A stretch of DNA of 64,000 nt, from contig JAKMXF010000335.1 of the NCBI GenBank assembly GCA_024704765.1, positions 124,001 through 188,000 on the forward strand. Reading direction: 5' to 3'. Source of the DNA: Oopsacas minuta (lineage: Eukaryota; Animalia; Porifera). The position numbers and the translations under genes are program-made. The notes under the pieces were generated by a model that saw nothing but the letters and a program-made list of their open reading frames with translations, searched no databases and was not told where the DNA came from. Shown piece after piece: positions 33,901-49,273 of the stretch. Each line of letters begins with the position of its first letter. Within the stretch, counting starts at the first letter, position 1.

Positions 33901-36900
33901 GCTCTCCAGCTAGTATCAGTTTATCCTATTCAGTTAACATGCTTACCTTACATACAAGCACCCAATCGCTTAGGCTCATAGACTGTAGCCAATAATTCGC
34001 AATGTAAAAGGATGAGGATTCAACCACAGTTAAATTTTCCTTTAAAACACTAATTTTAACATCCGTACGTTGATTATCCAACATCTGCTGCAAACCAGAA
34101 ATATTCCAACTAATGATTTCATATATTACACCTGATAAATATAAACTATCCGTAACATTTATCTCAATATGAAATATTGCAATGAATTGTTAACGAAAGA
34201 TATAGATAGTAACAGATCGAAATAATTCACCAATTTTCGCGCAGATTGATTATCAAGGTAGCTTTTTATCTAAAATGTGAGAAGTTTTGATCTTTTTCCG
34301 ACTAGAATATTTTAAATATTCATACGAATTATGTAAACTAATCTAATATGTTACCACATATAGTATTTATAATAATCCTAACGAACTTTTAACGATTCTA
34401 TTGAAATTATTAAACTCCACTTGAATCACAAAGAAATATAATTATGTGCAAATTATAGTTGGAGACACATGGGAAATGGCCTGAAAGTATTATGGCCAAA
34501 TGTGTTTTCGATATCGAACCACAATTTGTAGAAGTATATATTTAAAACATATCTAATTAGCTAACTTACATACATAGCGAAATTTGGAGATAATATGAAG
34601 CAATTATTACAAATTTCATACAACAATTGAAAACACATATATGTGAATGAATAGTTATAGAAGTATATTTATGAATATTCCGTTTCACCACTTGAGTTAA
34701 GTGGCAAGATTGTTAACAAGGGTATTAGCACTAATTATGCAATTTCAACATACGGATTAAAACCCCAAACTAATGTAAAATTATATTTAATCGTTCCAGA
34801 TGTTCAAAGTAGCCACAAATGTATGGTTTTATAATATTTAATTCTTGGCAAATTAGATCTCTACCGTTTTGCTATTAATATTATCTCATGGTCTCTGAAA
34901 ATGAAGGGAAATAAACATATTATAATGAATGTTGAATTCAACAGATGATCTTATCATTTTATACACGAATGTCAGTTAATTTTTATGGCATGCAAAATAC
35001 CTTTCTACCATTATGGAAACTATGTATGTTCGTATATTATCCTTAGAACAGCTGCAAATTGCGAAATATTTTTAATATTTGGTTTTCAATTCTGAGTAGA
35101 ATGTAACATTTGGTGGTTAACATTCTGTAATCATTTTTATGGATCTGAGCACTAGTTTGATTCAACAAATTGGTTGAAAAACGTAAGAATATGATTTTAT
35201 GTGTAGTTATTATTAGTGTGACATAATATCCATAATATCTGTAGACATAATCTGTCTTATCATGCATAATTGTATATTTCCAGAAAATATATGATGTATG
35301 TACCATAAAGTTTGTGTGATTTAACCGAACACTAATACGGTTAGTTTATCGGTTGAAAGCAGCAAAACGTGGAAGATGGTTAAAAATGAGAATATTTGAA
35401 TGGGAAATAGTGCTCATGCTGAAATCAAATATTTCGCATTTTTGTTAGAAATTGGACATATTTTCCCGAAGCTAGAACGAAATTACCATTTCATGCGAGT
35501 TTTTGAACAAACGTCCATTTACGGATAGCTAATAATGCTTGAAAGAAATCCGCGTAATCTATCAATATATGATCTGAATTGATGTGACATCGAATATGTG
35601 TATTTATCGCCTATTAAATAATTAGAGTTAATTATTAAATAGGTGATAAATACACAATTATAATAAGTCTAATAGTATAATTGCAGATCAAATGATTGCG
35701 TACTATTTTTCACTTTATTATCTACCCACAAAAGGCGAAATTATAATGCGAAAATTGTGCACCATTTGTCAGTTGTTTAATCAACCACAACAATAGCGAA
35801 TGTTCGGAAGAGAATTTGATATGACCAATTACTTAATAATTACTTAACTATAATGACAATTAGTACTGATTCTTAACAATTTCGTTAAGTGTAATTTAAT
35901 ATTTGTTTGTTAAATAGCTTGAAAAGACGTCTCGTTGAATTAATTGCCTTCATAAAGAGGTGTTACAATTTTCATGCTCTTCAAAGGATTCAACATTTCG
36001 CTACAATTTGATAGAATATTTCGGGGGTTTACTCCGTTTGGCGTGACACAATAGTATGAAAGTCTTTTACAAACGTTTTTCAAATGTTTGATAGAATATA
36101 TATCGAATTTAAATCTAATCAAATCAGTTTAATTTTCTGCTAAATTACAGTGGTTAACAGCTCTAACATTCCACTAAAAACATATTGAATTTTGTCTTAA
36201 AGAATTAAGTAGTTTTCACATATTATTTCTAGACTAATTAATGACATTTACAACTCAATTAAATAGTGATGGAGAATTACGCATTCGATAAATTAATGGT
36301 GTTTGAATTGCCTATTGAAACAGTGGAATAGCACTGATTTTAATCATGAAAGCACCACTGTATATCTCTACCAAATTACTGTATTTGCTTTACTGATCAT
36401 GAATAGATTCGAGGAAATCTATTATATTTTTCAATGCAATATTGTTATGCATTTGGTAGTCAAAGCAGTGAGATCATCGGTGAAGTGCTATTAACGTAAT
36501 TACTCTATGCACTGTATCTCAACGGTTGCAAAACCAGATGATCGAATTGGATAAAATTGCTAAATAATGCGATTCTTAATGAATTTTTCGCAAATACAGT
36601 TCTTGATTGTATAGTAGTTTAATAATATCCTACTGTTTATGACTTCATCAAAAAAGTATAATATTTATGGTTTTTAATTCATTTATAAGTCCAATTCTAA
36701 TCAAATTTACTGATCTTATCATTGCTATTTTCCGTTAAGAATAGTTTTCGAAATAATTATCAACGAATATTATTACAGATTAATCTGAGTTTATTGCAAA
36801 ATTCTAGCACTTTTTGGTTGTTCCACCTCTAATATATATTTCTAACAAAGATGTTTTGAGTAAAGATTACTTTGCTCATATAAATATTAACATAATTACT

Positions 36901-38101
36901 ATTATTTATTTATTGTTGATTACTGATAATTATTGTAGACGAATTACACACGTAAATATGCCTGAATTTTGTTGTTACATCGATGGAATGCAGTTATGTA
37001 ACAAATATTACTGATTAGACCAGATTTGGGATAAAATTCTTAATAATCATCCGGTTACGTCTAATACATTATAATGATCGTAAGGTGTGGTAATCGTATT
37101 AAAATATTTTATTAGTAATAAATACATAACTCTTTATTAAATATAATACGTTCTCTTGGAAAATTAACTACAATTTTGATGTGAATATACATTTAATAAC
37201 TGATGAATATATTGCTGTTGTCTTAATAGCAGTTCTCCATATATCGCACACTCAGTGCAGTACAATTGCAAATTAAATTTACATTTATTTGCACGAAGCA
37301 CGAATAAGCGCGTAGGAAATGAAGCATACAAATGAACTTATAATATTTGATATTTTCCATTAATCCAAGGTTGAAAGGCCAATAATTACTCAAAGATAAT
37401 CTAAACGATAAAATAATTCTATTAGATGGATGCTTTGCCTTGTAAGAAGGTCTCCTTTCTCTGAATTTGGAAGGACGTGAAAATGTTTTTGTTTTCTACT
37501 TCAATTAACTCAGTTTTATGAAGCCAATACTAATTGCTACCAGGTTATCTCTTGAAATCATTGATTTACGTATTTGAAGATAAATGAATTCTTCTTAAAG
37601 ATGATAAACTAATATTATTTCTTGGAAATCATATCAACATTTCCAATATTAAGAAAAAGGATAAGTCAGTTATTTCTTATTAAAATGCTGAAATATATTG
37701 TAAATCATTATTTTGGGTTGCAAAATTGAATTTACCTTAAAATTAGCTTTGAATTGTTTTTTTTTATTTACGTAAAACTAATGCTCGATTTCTTCACATT
37801 CATGGCTATTTGATCATTTTAATGTAACTGGCGATCATTAAAATTTCGAATTTGAATGATAAATGCGTTACTTAATTTATTTCTAACTATGCCCTTTATC
37901 CCAGTCTTGCTATAGTTGAATTTTTGAAAATTTTTATAATATTTTATTTGAAAAGCAAAGTTACAAATCTTACATGTATGTAATAATAATAATAGTAATA
38001 GTAACTTCTAAAAACAAATAATAATAAGCTTGTTCTATTCACGTCAGTTCGGTAAGTGATATGGCGTTTACGTAAATTGTGTAAAGATGTGTTAAAATCC
38101 T

Positions 38102-39118
38102 TTAGAAATTGAATTGTAGTAATCTAAAGAATGACCGTGAAGCTCGTTTCAACCATTTGGGTCGATGCATGAATGTTTTTCTTAATTTTCTATGTCGTTT
38201 TGTGCTCGATTCTAGTGTGGAACTTGGTGATGATAAAACTGAACTTTCACATTGGCTAGAACTAATCGTGAAGAAGGAACGGTCCTCTGATTTTTGAGAT
38301 GTAGGACTGAACATGAAGGATGGATCTGTATCATTGCTTTCACTACCCGACCATACTGATAGATTTGTAGAATCTGAGTCACTATAGTTTTCGTCGATCA
38401 TTTCAAGTGTGGTCTCATCAATTTTCGTAGACAGTGAAAGGGATAGAGGCTTGGATTTAAGTTCTGCTTCATATTCGAATAATTGCCCCATGAACCCAAA
38501 ATTGGGCGATACCCATTTGCGACAGGATCGGACATATTCGAGTGCACCATCCATACTTCTACCTTCAGTTAGCATCAGGTAGGCTATACAGATGGTTGCT
38601 GATCGAGATATACCAGCTTGGCAATGCACCAATAATTTACGTCCTGATTCGCGTACATTATTGATGAAGGCGAATGATTCTTGGAAAATGCATGTGATAT
38701 CGGAATCACCTGTATCACGGACTGGCAAATGTTTGTATTCATATTGTGACTCGTCTATGTCTGGGTATCTGTTGGACACGTTTAAGATTGCCTCAATTCC
38801 ATATTTGTTCAACCATTCTATATTTGTTGCGTGGTATTCCGAACCGAGATATAGGAATGGTAGAATTTGTGCTGGGCCGACTGTTCGATCGTACTGAATA
38901 CTATCATAACGATCACGACATTCGAAATCAAATGTTTGGTTATTTACTGGAATTTCCACATTGAACGAGTGACTTCTTTTTGCACTGTATTCTTTGTTGT
39001 AATCAACGGAAGTCTGAGTTGGTGTTGATGGCATTGACAATGTTAAATGCATTGGCCTCATTCTCCTTCGGAGCATTAGTGAGGAGGAATTTAATTCCAT
39101 TGATATTTCGATGGACAT
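38102..39118 (-). CDS. Dual-specificity MAP kinase phosphatase (DUSP1/4/5-like catalytic domain)
   Basis: GPAQILPFLYLGSEYHA, VHCQAGISRSATICIAYLM and VSPNFGFMGQL; Ser-rich C-terminal tail; no rhodanese domain in the ORF. Confidence 0.92.
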   Translation of the reverse strand: MSIEISMELNSSSLMLRRRMRPMHLTLSMPSTPTQTSVDYNKEYSAKRSHSFNVEIPVNNQTFDFECRDRYDSIQYDRTVGPAQILPFLYLGSEYHATNIEWLNKYGIEAILNVSNRYPDIDESQYEYKHLPVRDTGDSDITCIFQESFAFINNVRESGRKLLVHCQAGISRSATICIAYLMLTEGRSMDGALEYVRSCRKWVSPNFGFMGQLFEYEAELKSKPLSLSLSTKIDETTLEMIDENYSDSDSTNLSVWSGSESNDTDPSFMFSPTSQKSEDRSFFTISSSQCESSVLSSPSSTLESSTKRHRKLRKTFMHRPKWLKRASRSFFRLLQFNF

Positions 39119-42100
39119 TTTGAAAATATTTGTTTCTTTATATTTGATGTAGTTTAGATTTTACTCTAATATTCTCAGATTCATATCCTTATATACTATA
39201 TAGACTTAAGCCACAATCTATTGCTCTATAGATCAGTGTATGAAACACGTATAGTGTTAAACATATACAACTTAGTTGCATTAAAGAGCTTCTATTATTT
39301 AAAGTCAATAAAAAGTCCAAGGTTTATTAAATGCAAACGCAAATATATTTTCGTATTATAATAAAGCTTAATATTGTTCTATTTGCGTATTTGAATTTGA
39401 TTTGTTTTCCATAGCCTAACATAATTATTTATAAAGTGTCATGTTTGTGGCTTTTGTGGCATAAATTTGCTTAAAAATACCTTCAAAAAAGCATTGTAAA
39501 TTCTTGTAGTGACTGTTTTATTCATAATATTAACCACTCTTAGCCATCACTTTTATCTTTTGTTATATGAAAAGAATTTTGGTAATTTACTGTATAGATT
39601 GTAGATAATTATGGATAAGCTTAGCTAAAAATTTCCTAAAATTCTAGCCATACTCGTTTCCATGATTCAATTCTAGTTCTATTGTAATTCTTTGGTTATT
39701 CTTACAGCATATGCATATATCCGCGTCATTGTCACGCTTTTATTTATCTGAATAATTCGAATGACATATTCTAGGCACGAAATGTTTTCAAATCAATTGT
39801 TAGCTTTACAAGCACTTATTTGGGGTTAAAATATATTTTAAGGCGCAAATATTTCCATAAATAAATAATGTTTGCAACTGAGAGATTACAAACCTTTTAA
39901 CTAGATGAATTTTGAAATGTAAAAAATGATTTTTACCAGAAAGAGACCGTTACAAACATATTATCATAAATTAGCAACTTAGACATTGAGAATTATTTCC
40001 TTATTATTTAAAATATAATTCCTTTGATGATAAATATTTCCAAAAATATATTTACTTACGTAAATATTGACCCAAATTATCATATGAATAGAAGTTCAAA
40101 TTAATATTCGAATAATCAATAATTTTCCAACGGAAATGATTCTAATTTGATCCTGAAACTAAATTGTGAAAATCCACAAACATCACAACCACGTATTACA
40201 TACTTATAACACAAGCTTGCGGCATTTCGCTGTGTCTAAATTATCATTAATTCTGCATTTAAATTATAACTGTATTAGTGATAGACCACCATGTGGATGT
40301 GCAAGTTCTATATATTTGCAAGCATTATTACTGGATCACTTCTGGTCATAATGTGTCTGTATTAATGAATCCATTGATTGGAAAATCAGTTTTAACAGAT
40401 TTGAGTAGGAAATTACATTTCGCCAAATTGGCGCTCTTTTGTGAATTTATCGGTTGAATAATTATAGGGCTAAAACATTTACCAAATTGTAAGAGTATTA
40501 TTGCACTTTTCTAGATTAACCTCTCCTTACAAATAATTAAATATTCCAAAAAGTTCAAAGATACTTTCTCCCTAATTGCACAATAATGGCTGTATATGGT
40601 ATATATTAGCCCAAGTTCATCAACCTTATTCAACTATGAGGATATAGTGAAAGTGTTCAAGAGGATATAGATTACTTATTTAACATTTTAACCTATGGTA
40701 CAATTATTTTAATCATCACCTGGAGCAGGATTATGGGTCAAGCTAAATAGTAAGCAAAACATCCTAGATATCAATGATAAGTTCTTTCGACTTGCTTCTC
40801 GAACTAGCTTGTTGCTGTGTGGATTTAAAGGAGGCGTAGCTTGAGTTTAATTATTTTCTCAGGTGCGAACTATATTGCACTAGCCTAGGACTGGAGTGGC
40901 CCGGCCCTAGCTACGCCACTGGGTTTATATATTTGCTGTGTAATTTCTGATGATTGGATCTAGTTCATTTTACTTAGAGATTCTTAATACAATATATCTG
41001 ATAAAGTTATAGGAAAATACGAGTTGCATGTTTTCGAAATGAATAGAGTTTACTCCAGTAAAGTAGCCGGTTCCAAGAGGCCTGAACCCCAAATCTTCGT
41101 CAAATCAAGCAGCACTAACTTTCTACTCATAAAGATATTTTTCTCTGCCATACAATATCAATTCGGATAATATGGTAGAAAATTTGTTCAAACTGTGTTA
41201 AGAAATATTCAAAGATAAATGGTTAATTCCTTAACGAATCTTATGAATAATATTCTGTAATAATTGCCTTAATCAAAAAATTAAGGTTCTAACACAAGAT
41301 GATGTGCATGACTTGTGGCTTAATATTGACCACATATATCTAATCATATACCTTTTGTGTATAGCATGACAGAAATTATGCCAATTTCATTGATACTCAA
41401 TAACTATGACATTTAATGATCTTATTTGTAGCTGTAGTAATGTACTTTATTATCCATTATTAGCATTCGTGTTAATTAACCATACGTGTATTTGAGCTTA
41501 TTCAGTAGGTGATAATTTCATAGTGTTGTGCCTAGTACAGTAATTTAATAATAATTACAAAATATTCCAGTAAACATTGTCTGAAGTTTCTCAGCCTCTT
41601 TAGCCCTTGCCATATTTGATAAAAATTTGGAAAATTATTTCTAAAATTTATAACGTATATTTGCATGGGAGTGGAGAACAGAGTAGTTTTGGGGGCAACA
41701 TATGTTTTGCTGTTGTTTTGATAATATTGGTGAAATTCAATTCCGAAACAATTTCTCCATTGTAACTACCTTATGATTTGGACAACTGACTATACTCGAA
41801 AACGTTTCGGTTTCGATTCTAGCTTGTATAGATCACACGATCTTTATTAGAGTAAATTTAATGCTGTATATTGACCAAAATGTTATGGATTGAATCAGAA
41901 TTGAAATCCTCCATGAATATTGCAGTATCACTATCATTATCAGTACTGTTTAGCACTGTTATCATTATTAAATCCAGTGAAAGCTAGCAATTTCAGAATT
42001 GTGGACCAAAACAGGACACACAACTGAATTATTAGCCAAAACATTAAGACATGGCAAGAATACACCAATTACTATGCAATATAAGCAATAAATATTTAAT

Positions 42101-42266
42101 ATCAACTTTTGTACAATATACAAATATTAAGCACAATTTACACTGATGAGTAACTTTCATTGTGCTTATCAAAATAAATATTATTTGATATTCGCTGAGT
42201 CTTTTTGACACGATTTCACTGCTTTTGCATATATGTCATGGCCAAAATTTTGACCCATTACAAATA

Positions 42267-42435
42267 CAGTGGAGTCTCCCAAAACGGACAATCCATCTAC
42301 AACGGACAATCCTCCTGGAACGAATGAATTAACAATTATATATGTAATACTTTGACAGTCTCCGAGAAGCTGAAAACTCCCTTTAACGGACAGGCGCGAT
42401 GCCCCCAAACTATCTGTTATTCAGAGACTCTACTG
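42267..42435. mobile_element. TA-flanked MITE, family F
   Basis: TA|CAGTGGAGTCTC ... GAGACTCTACTG|TA (11/12); internal repeated AACGGACA. Confidence 0.8.
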
Positions 42436-45400
42436 TAGTTGATTTTGCCAAAGTAGATAGGAACAAGTTCTATAGTATATACTTCATAGTGGAAGTTAAT
42501 ATGAAACTAATATATTTCTCCTTCACACAACTTTTGACTTGTAATACTGGCAAGTAAGGATAAGTATTTAATTCTTAGAAAGGATACCACAATTTTTCTT
42601 ATACTAAAAGTACTCGCGGTTATTGTTTGAACCTTTACCCCTTGTCTTAAGGTTTGTGAACCCGAATGGCCACACGACTCATGACTAGCCTCAGTCAATG
42701 GTTGATCATAATCCAACATCCTAAGACCTCTCTGTTCTATACAATTCATTCAAACTACTAGAAATGGGAATCCATAAATGAATTACATTCACAAATTCTA
42801 TAACTTACAAATTCTATTATTGTATTAACCATAAGGATTGAACTCGCTACCACAATGATGGATTCATACAGGCAATGAATCACGTTGTTCTATTGATTAC
42901 TACACAGGTGAAGTCCTTATTTACAATATACAGTGCATTTTGTGGTAATTCTAGCATCACGCTGGTGTCAAAAGTGATTGCTTCAAGATCATGACTGAGT
43001 TTGTATTGTTACTATTATTACATAATTTCTTGACAGATTTTATAAGCATTGACTTAGTGTTTAATTATGTGATTCAATATGTCAAATGCTAACTGAATTA
43101 TTTGGTATTTTCTGACTTCTCTGATGTTATGATTGAGATTCATAAATTTTTGGTCAACAAATTAAATTCACATTTCTTGAATTGAAAAGTACATTAATTA
43201 AGTTGGTAAGGGAAGGCTTCGAATCCCCATAGATATATTTACTAATAAGATATTTAGCTCATAAAAATTATATACGATTAGGGAAGCGTCCAGTTTCGTC
43301 AGACTGTTGTATTCCATTGTTTTCAGTGCTTAGTTCATTACTTTAAGCCAGCACTGTAATATTAAAAATATTTATTTGCAATGATGTAGATTATTGAATT
43401 ATAAATGTATTTTATGAAACTAAGACATTAGCTTGTAACAGCGTCTAAAAAGGAGAATTTCTTAGCAATCGGAGGGATTGAGATCTGGTAAGCTCCACCT
43501 TCTTAGATACTAATACAAATTTCGATATCATAGATTGTGTGTCAGCATAAACTTTTCGGAGGTTATACGTGAGATAATTATCAATTATCCAATATCTACC
43601 TACGAATGTCAGGCCAGTATACATCTTCAACAACCCCAGATTCGTTTGAATTTCCGTTTCTAAATATATAATTGCCTACGTCATTGATAAACAAAAGATT
43701 ACTGCAAATAAATTCAATCAATAATAATTTATTATTAAACATAACAGAATTGTTGTTTTAAATTACATTAGCCTTGGAATGTTGATGGATGGTTTATCAA
43801 ATTCCACAATGTTAACAATGACTAGCAATCCGTCTATCAATTTTTATCAATAATCTAACCTGGGGAATAATCTTACCGCATATTTGAATATCAAATCACC
43901 TAATTTATAAATCACCAAGTACGACCAAATATGTATATAAAATCCGCAATGAAACCACCACAACTAAAGCAAATCCATAAGGTTTAAGTCAGCAAATTTT
44001 TCAAACACACACCTACATATCTATGCGGTAATATCTAAAGAAATTCTATTTACGTATTTCATTGAATACAATACATGATAGGTTGTACAGTGGTTTATCA
44101 TTACACGGAATTAAAAGTAATTTTTATGGACATGATGCTATAATAGACTTACATGGGTGGCTACATCCCTGTTTCTATATGTATATTACCATCTGGACAG
44201 GTGGGTAGGGAAGTCAATTGATTTAAAATTGTTTTTGCCTTCAAAGTGTAGAAATCCTTTTGAGCTTTTTGTGAGATATTTCATTTTGAGATATATTATC
44301 TAAGGATTTATAAGCACTCATAATATTATTCATATATCGGACTGGCCAATGTTTTGGAATTAGCTCATAAAATAATTTGTTCTTGGTGAAAAAGCTAAAT
44401 TCTCTGAAAAGATTCTGAAACAGTCTAACTATTGACTGGATTCACTCAATCACTCATAGAGAACAATACAGTAATTATGAGAAACGATTATCTAATTTAT
44501 CAACCTTGTGATAAGCTGTATAACATCTGCAATTTGTTACCAATTTAGAAGCGAATCCAGTCCAAAGTTATCCGCCACAAATTCATACTCTCCCCACTGA
44601 CAAGCCACGAATTTATTTGCCAATTCCACAGCATTGAATATTTCGAAATATGATTAATTGATTCAAAAACACTTGTTACATTCCAAAGTATTTAATAAAT
44701 GTGTTTTTAACCAAAATATACCCTACATGCAATTACAGTTGTTAACAGCCAGATTATTGAATAGATGCAAAAACATCGCCACAGTAAAGAAAGAAATTGT
44801 CTGTAACAGAATTGATAATTGTGAGATTGTTATATTATTATTTTCGCATCCTGAGTGAAACCATACAGATGTATCAAATTGTTAAACAAGCAAATTATCT
44901 CGAGAATATCGTGAGAGCATCTACCTTATGCTGAAACAAACTAAATTTCAATATTTTCGTATATCATCAATGTGTTGTTGATAGAAATCATTTCATTTGA
45001 ATAAATACTAAGATACAAGAATTTTTCAAGTCAAACATGTGCATGCATGACTAAACTCCATATAAAGTAGTGTAAATATCAAATAACTGGAAATTATTAA
45101 ATTACATTTAATTGAGAACACAGGGATTGCTCTATTATCTATATCGGGCTAATAGTTCAATATGAACAGACACATAACGCACCAAACTCTCACTATATGA
45201 GATTAGCAAATATCAAGCTCAATAGATTAGACAGAGAATTTAATTTTAAAGGAATTTGTCGACGAATTCGTGTACTTTATTAATAATAAGCACTTTTAAA
45301 ATTATTAATAATAATAATAAATACGTACAAATCAATGCATTGGATATTTAATGCTAAACTCAACAGTAATGGCCAGCTGTATAAACCAATTATCATACAC

Positions 45401-48400
45401 ACTTTATTCTGAAAATAAGTACTATATCCTAGTGCTATAACCGATGATATTTCTACCAGACAAACGCCTGAATCAATTAGAAATTTGAGTAAGGTCAGAA
45501 ATTTCGAAGATTTCATACACTCACAGACACTCCATATATTTCAGTGTTACCCTACATAATAGCAAATCAACTACTTTCATGATAACCACCATAGTAGTGA
45601 ATATTTGATACTAATTTTATCATTTCTAAATTTTCGCTGTAGAATTTGATTATCTTTTCGATATCGAGATACCGAGTGAAGTCGTTTTGTCAGAAAGATT
45701 ATCAAGTTTTATAAGATTCAGTAAATTATGAGTAATTTATTTATGTTTGATTTGATGACAAATTGATTTCGTATTCAACAAATACTAATAGATTTGTAAT
45801 TAAAAACATCTTAAAATCCTGTCAAAACATCCTAAAATTGATTAAATAGTTTGAAAATTATAGAGATAGCTAATTAGTTAAGAGATATTAGATGCATACA
45901 AGTATATAATTACAAATACTAATACATCACAAACGATACGATTACTCTGAATTTATGCACAAAATTGGAGAATTCTGTTAATTAAATAAGGACCAGAAAC
46001 CATAGTATATATCCGTCAACCAATATCAAATAATTACAGCACGAAATCCTGAATGTATAAGTAACTGAAAGAAGAAGCAATGTTTCACCATAAGGGTCTG
46101 TTTAGAGATGGTACCAATCAAATCATATGAAGCAGATGCCTCGAATAAAATCTACCTACTTCGGTCAGCATGCAGCATATTTAACCCTTATTGTCTGGCC
46201 CCGACAAACAACACCGTTATTTCCACAAACAGGGCATAAAATCCTCTTACAAAACTAATCATCCAAAACAGACTTAAGTTATCTGTATTAATATTCCCAT
46301 TATACAATATCCAAGAAATATAACTTAATTAACAAGTTTCCTATAATATACATAGGATTGAATTTCTCTAATATTTCAAAGGCAGTCCTAGTTAAACAAT
46401 ATTTGATAACAAGAAATATCCAAGCTAAAGTTGTGTCCGTTCAAAGCAGTAAAACTACTATCAGATGGGCCAAATTACATCTCCAGATGCCACCAGATAC
46501 AATATACCTGTATCAAATCTTATATCAAATGACACGTTCTAATTTTCCTGTAAATGTGATCTCCTGGACACTGATAAATGGTTAAAACAAGGTAACAGAT
46601 ATGTGTAAACCAAATGTACACATAAATGTAATTATAAACAAATTTGTAACACAGCCTCAAACTATAAACAATCTTTTTGATCAAGAAATTGCAGATTAAC
46701 CTTTTTGCTTAACACGTCAATAAATATTGCAAACGACGGCCTGAACTTTAGTTAAAGAATGCGTGGTTTATTGTTGGCACGCCTTTAACATGTATTATAC
46801 GTTGTGGAACTTACAAATGGTTGAGTTCAGCCTTATGATGATATTTTGACTCAGTGTATCAAAGGATGTTCTTTGATGTTAACTTAATTCACTATTCTAT
46901 TGTAACAAAGTAATTGGAAACTTTGTGATTCAATTAATGACCACTAAATGGCATTTCCAGGTAAAGAAGTATGTAATTTACACTTGAGGACAACTTCTTA
47001 CTTTTGCTCGAATATACTAGCAACCTTGCTCTATAGTATATAGGAAAGTAACATCATGGCAGTTAATGCAGACCCCAATGTATATTAAACTATGACTTTT
47101 ATGAATCAAATGGAGCATTAATAACCTCAATTCAAAGAATAATTCGCATAAAGCAATAGTCATAGAAGACGATTAGGATGGTGGCCAACTGTGTATAGGT
47201 TACACAGTTGAATAGTATTTTTAAATAATTTTGAGGTCAAATATTATAATGGGTACGTATTCCATATACAGATACTCTTTCTTAATCATATTATTCTCGA
47301 ATTTTTGTAAGAATACACTCTGCCAAATTTAACAATAAATGATAGATAATTTTGGCTCCTCAATGATTATATTTACATTTTAATATCAAATAACCATCCC
47401 GACATATAATTAAGTGTATCAAATTAATCTATTAAATACGTTCTAACCAATGAAATTCAATCCTGCATGCCAGTGAAGTAAGTCCGCCCCAAAGGATGAC
47501 TTTAAATAAATTTATTAAACTCAGCGATCTTGTGACAATAAGTATACCTGAATTTGATCATGAGTTTAATACTCAAGTTTCACTTTAAATATAGTTTGTG
47601 TATGGCCACATGGTAATATAAATTGTATAGTAAGGATATTTAATGGAATTTGGTTGAGAAAGCTTTTTTGATATATTTGTAGAAGTCAAGTATGTGAACA
47701 CATTTCCTAAAATTGAATAAATATTGATTTACCCCCCTAAACTGTAATGAGCGCTATCGTTCCTATCTACATTTAATTATCCATTATTATTCTATACTTT
47801 CGTATTTTAACTATAATTTCAACTAATCAAATTCGACAATCTATTTACACTCAAGCAAGCAACAATTTTCAAGCTGTCTTACCATAGTTACCCTATCCTC
47901 GTCTTGGCATGTCATACATATTTTGTAATTTTACAAATGAGCGAAACTGACTATGCTACACTTAATCAGTGAGGTTAATTAGTCAATCCAGATTTAGCTA
48001 ACAAACGTATGCAATCAACGTAATATTATCTAAGATTGAAAATTAATATAAACATTGATTATGATAAAAATAGCAAAAACAGATAATATAACACAATTGT
48101 GGGAGAAAATATGATTAAATTATGAAAATATAGTTTTGTATGTTAAAATCTTGGAAATAATTAAGCCACAATGATTAGCAACAATTATACTTTCCTGACG
48201 TAAAGCAATCGATAATATTTGATTAGTCAAAGATTAGTTGATAGATGTTTGGTAATTTCGCGAATAATGAATTTATCGTCTATCCAATAAGTTCCTTCTG
48301 ATCCACTCATGCTATATATTTGATAATTGATTGTAGCTTTTCATGGAAATTTTGAATTCAAACGAATTCCGCATGATTTGTAGGTTAGTAGTAATTGGCA

Positions 48401-49106
48401 TCATATTTGATGCGTCAATATTCGAAGAATTCGATTTGAATAATTATTTGATTTATGGACATACAGCTGATAAATAATTCGTATAAAAATTAAATCTGTT
48501 GAAAATATTTGTGGTTTTTAATAAATTTGAAACAACCTTATATGTATGTATTATAAAAAGGACCAAAAGTGACATAACATTTAATATTCGCATTAAAATT
48601 GACACTAATTTGAATTCGTAACTAAGTCTGGATTATATTTATTAATTAGTTCAATACCAATGTGGAGAATTTAAAGTATCCACTCAAAATTGATTATTCT
48701 AAAATATTTTCGATAATAACCTAAAATACCTTAAACAGAAGGCAAAGTAAATATATAGGAAATGTATTGTTTTAGCTATTTAGAATATTCTATTGGGATA
48801 TTATCATTTAGAAATGTATTGGGTTGCTAAGAGGAGGAGTGATATGATTGCACCAATAACCAATAATTAAGTTAAATAAAGATTCTATGCTTAAGAACAT
48901 TCTAAGTATCATGACAATAGTGAGCAAAACAAATTATCAATATTTCTGCAATATTTACCACAGTTATTAATTCATTTATATTATTCATGTCATTCATCAT
49001 AAAGGATGTTAATTACTTATAAATATAGTACAGATAATGTCAGAGTAAATCAGGACTGCCAATCAATGCCGAGGCAGTTGGCATTTTCCTGATAATAGTA
49101 AATATA

Positions 49107-49273
49107 CAATGGAACCTCGTTAATGAGAACATCAACGGACAGTCAAAATTTCATTTTATCATAGAGTTTGTAATAACCGGATTAATACCAATTGAATAGC
49201 CATTGTAGAGACCTAATTTTGTGTAAATATATGTTCGTATTATCCAGATATTCGTATTAACGAGGTTTCACTG
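49107..49273. mobile_element. TA-flanked MITE, family C
   Basis: TA|CAATGGAACCTCGTTAAT ... ATTAACGAGGTTTCACTG|TA (16/18). Confidence 0.8.

Noticed and set aside
37100-38101. AU-rich elements in the DUSP 3' UTR
   Set aside because: ATTTA motifs are expected at high frequency in DNA this AT-rich, so they are not informative without transcript ends.
42507-42749. ORF segment ASHESCGHSGSQTL resembling an integrase H2C2 zinc-binding half-site
   Set aside because: No downstream CxxC, no DDE core and no RT or LTR nearby; probably coincidental.
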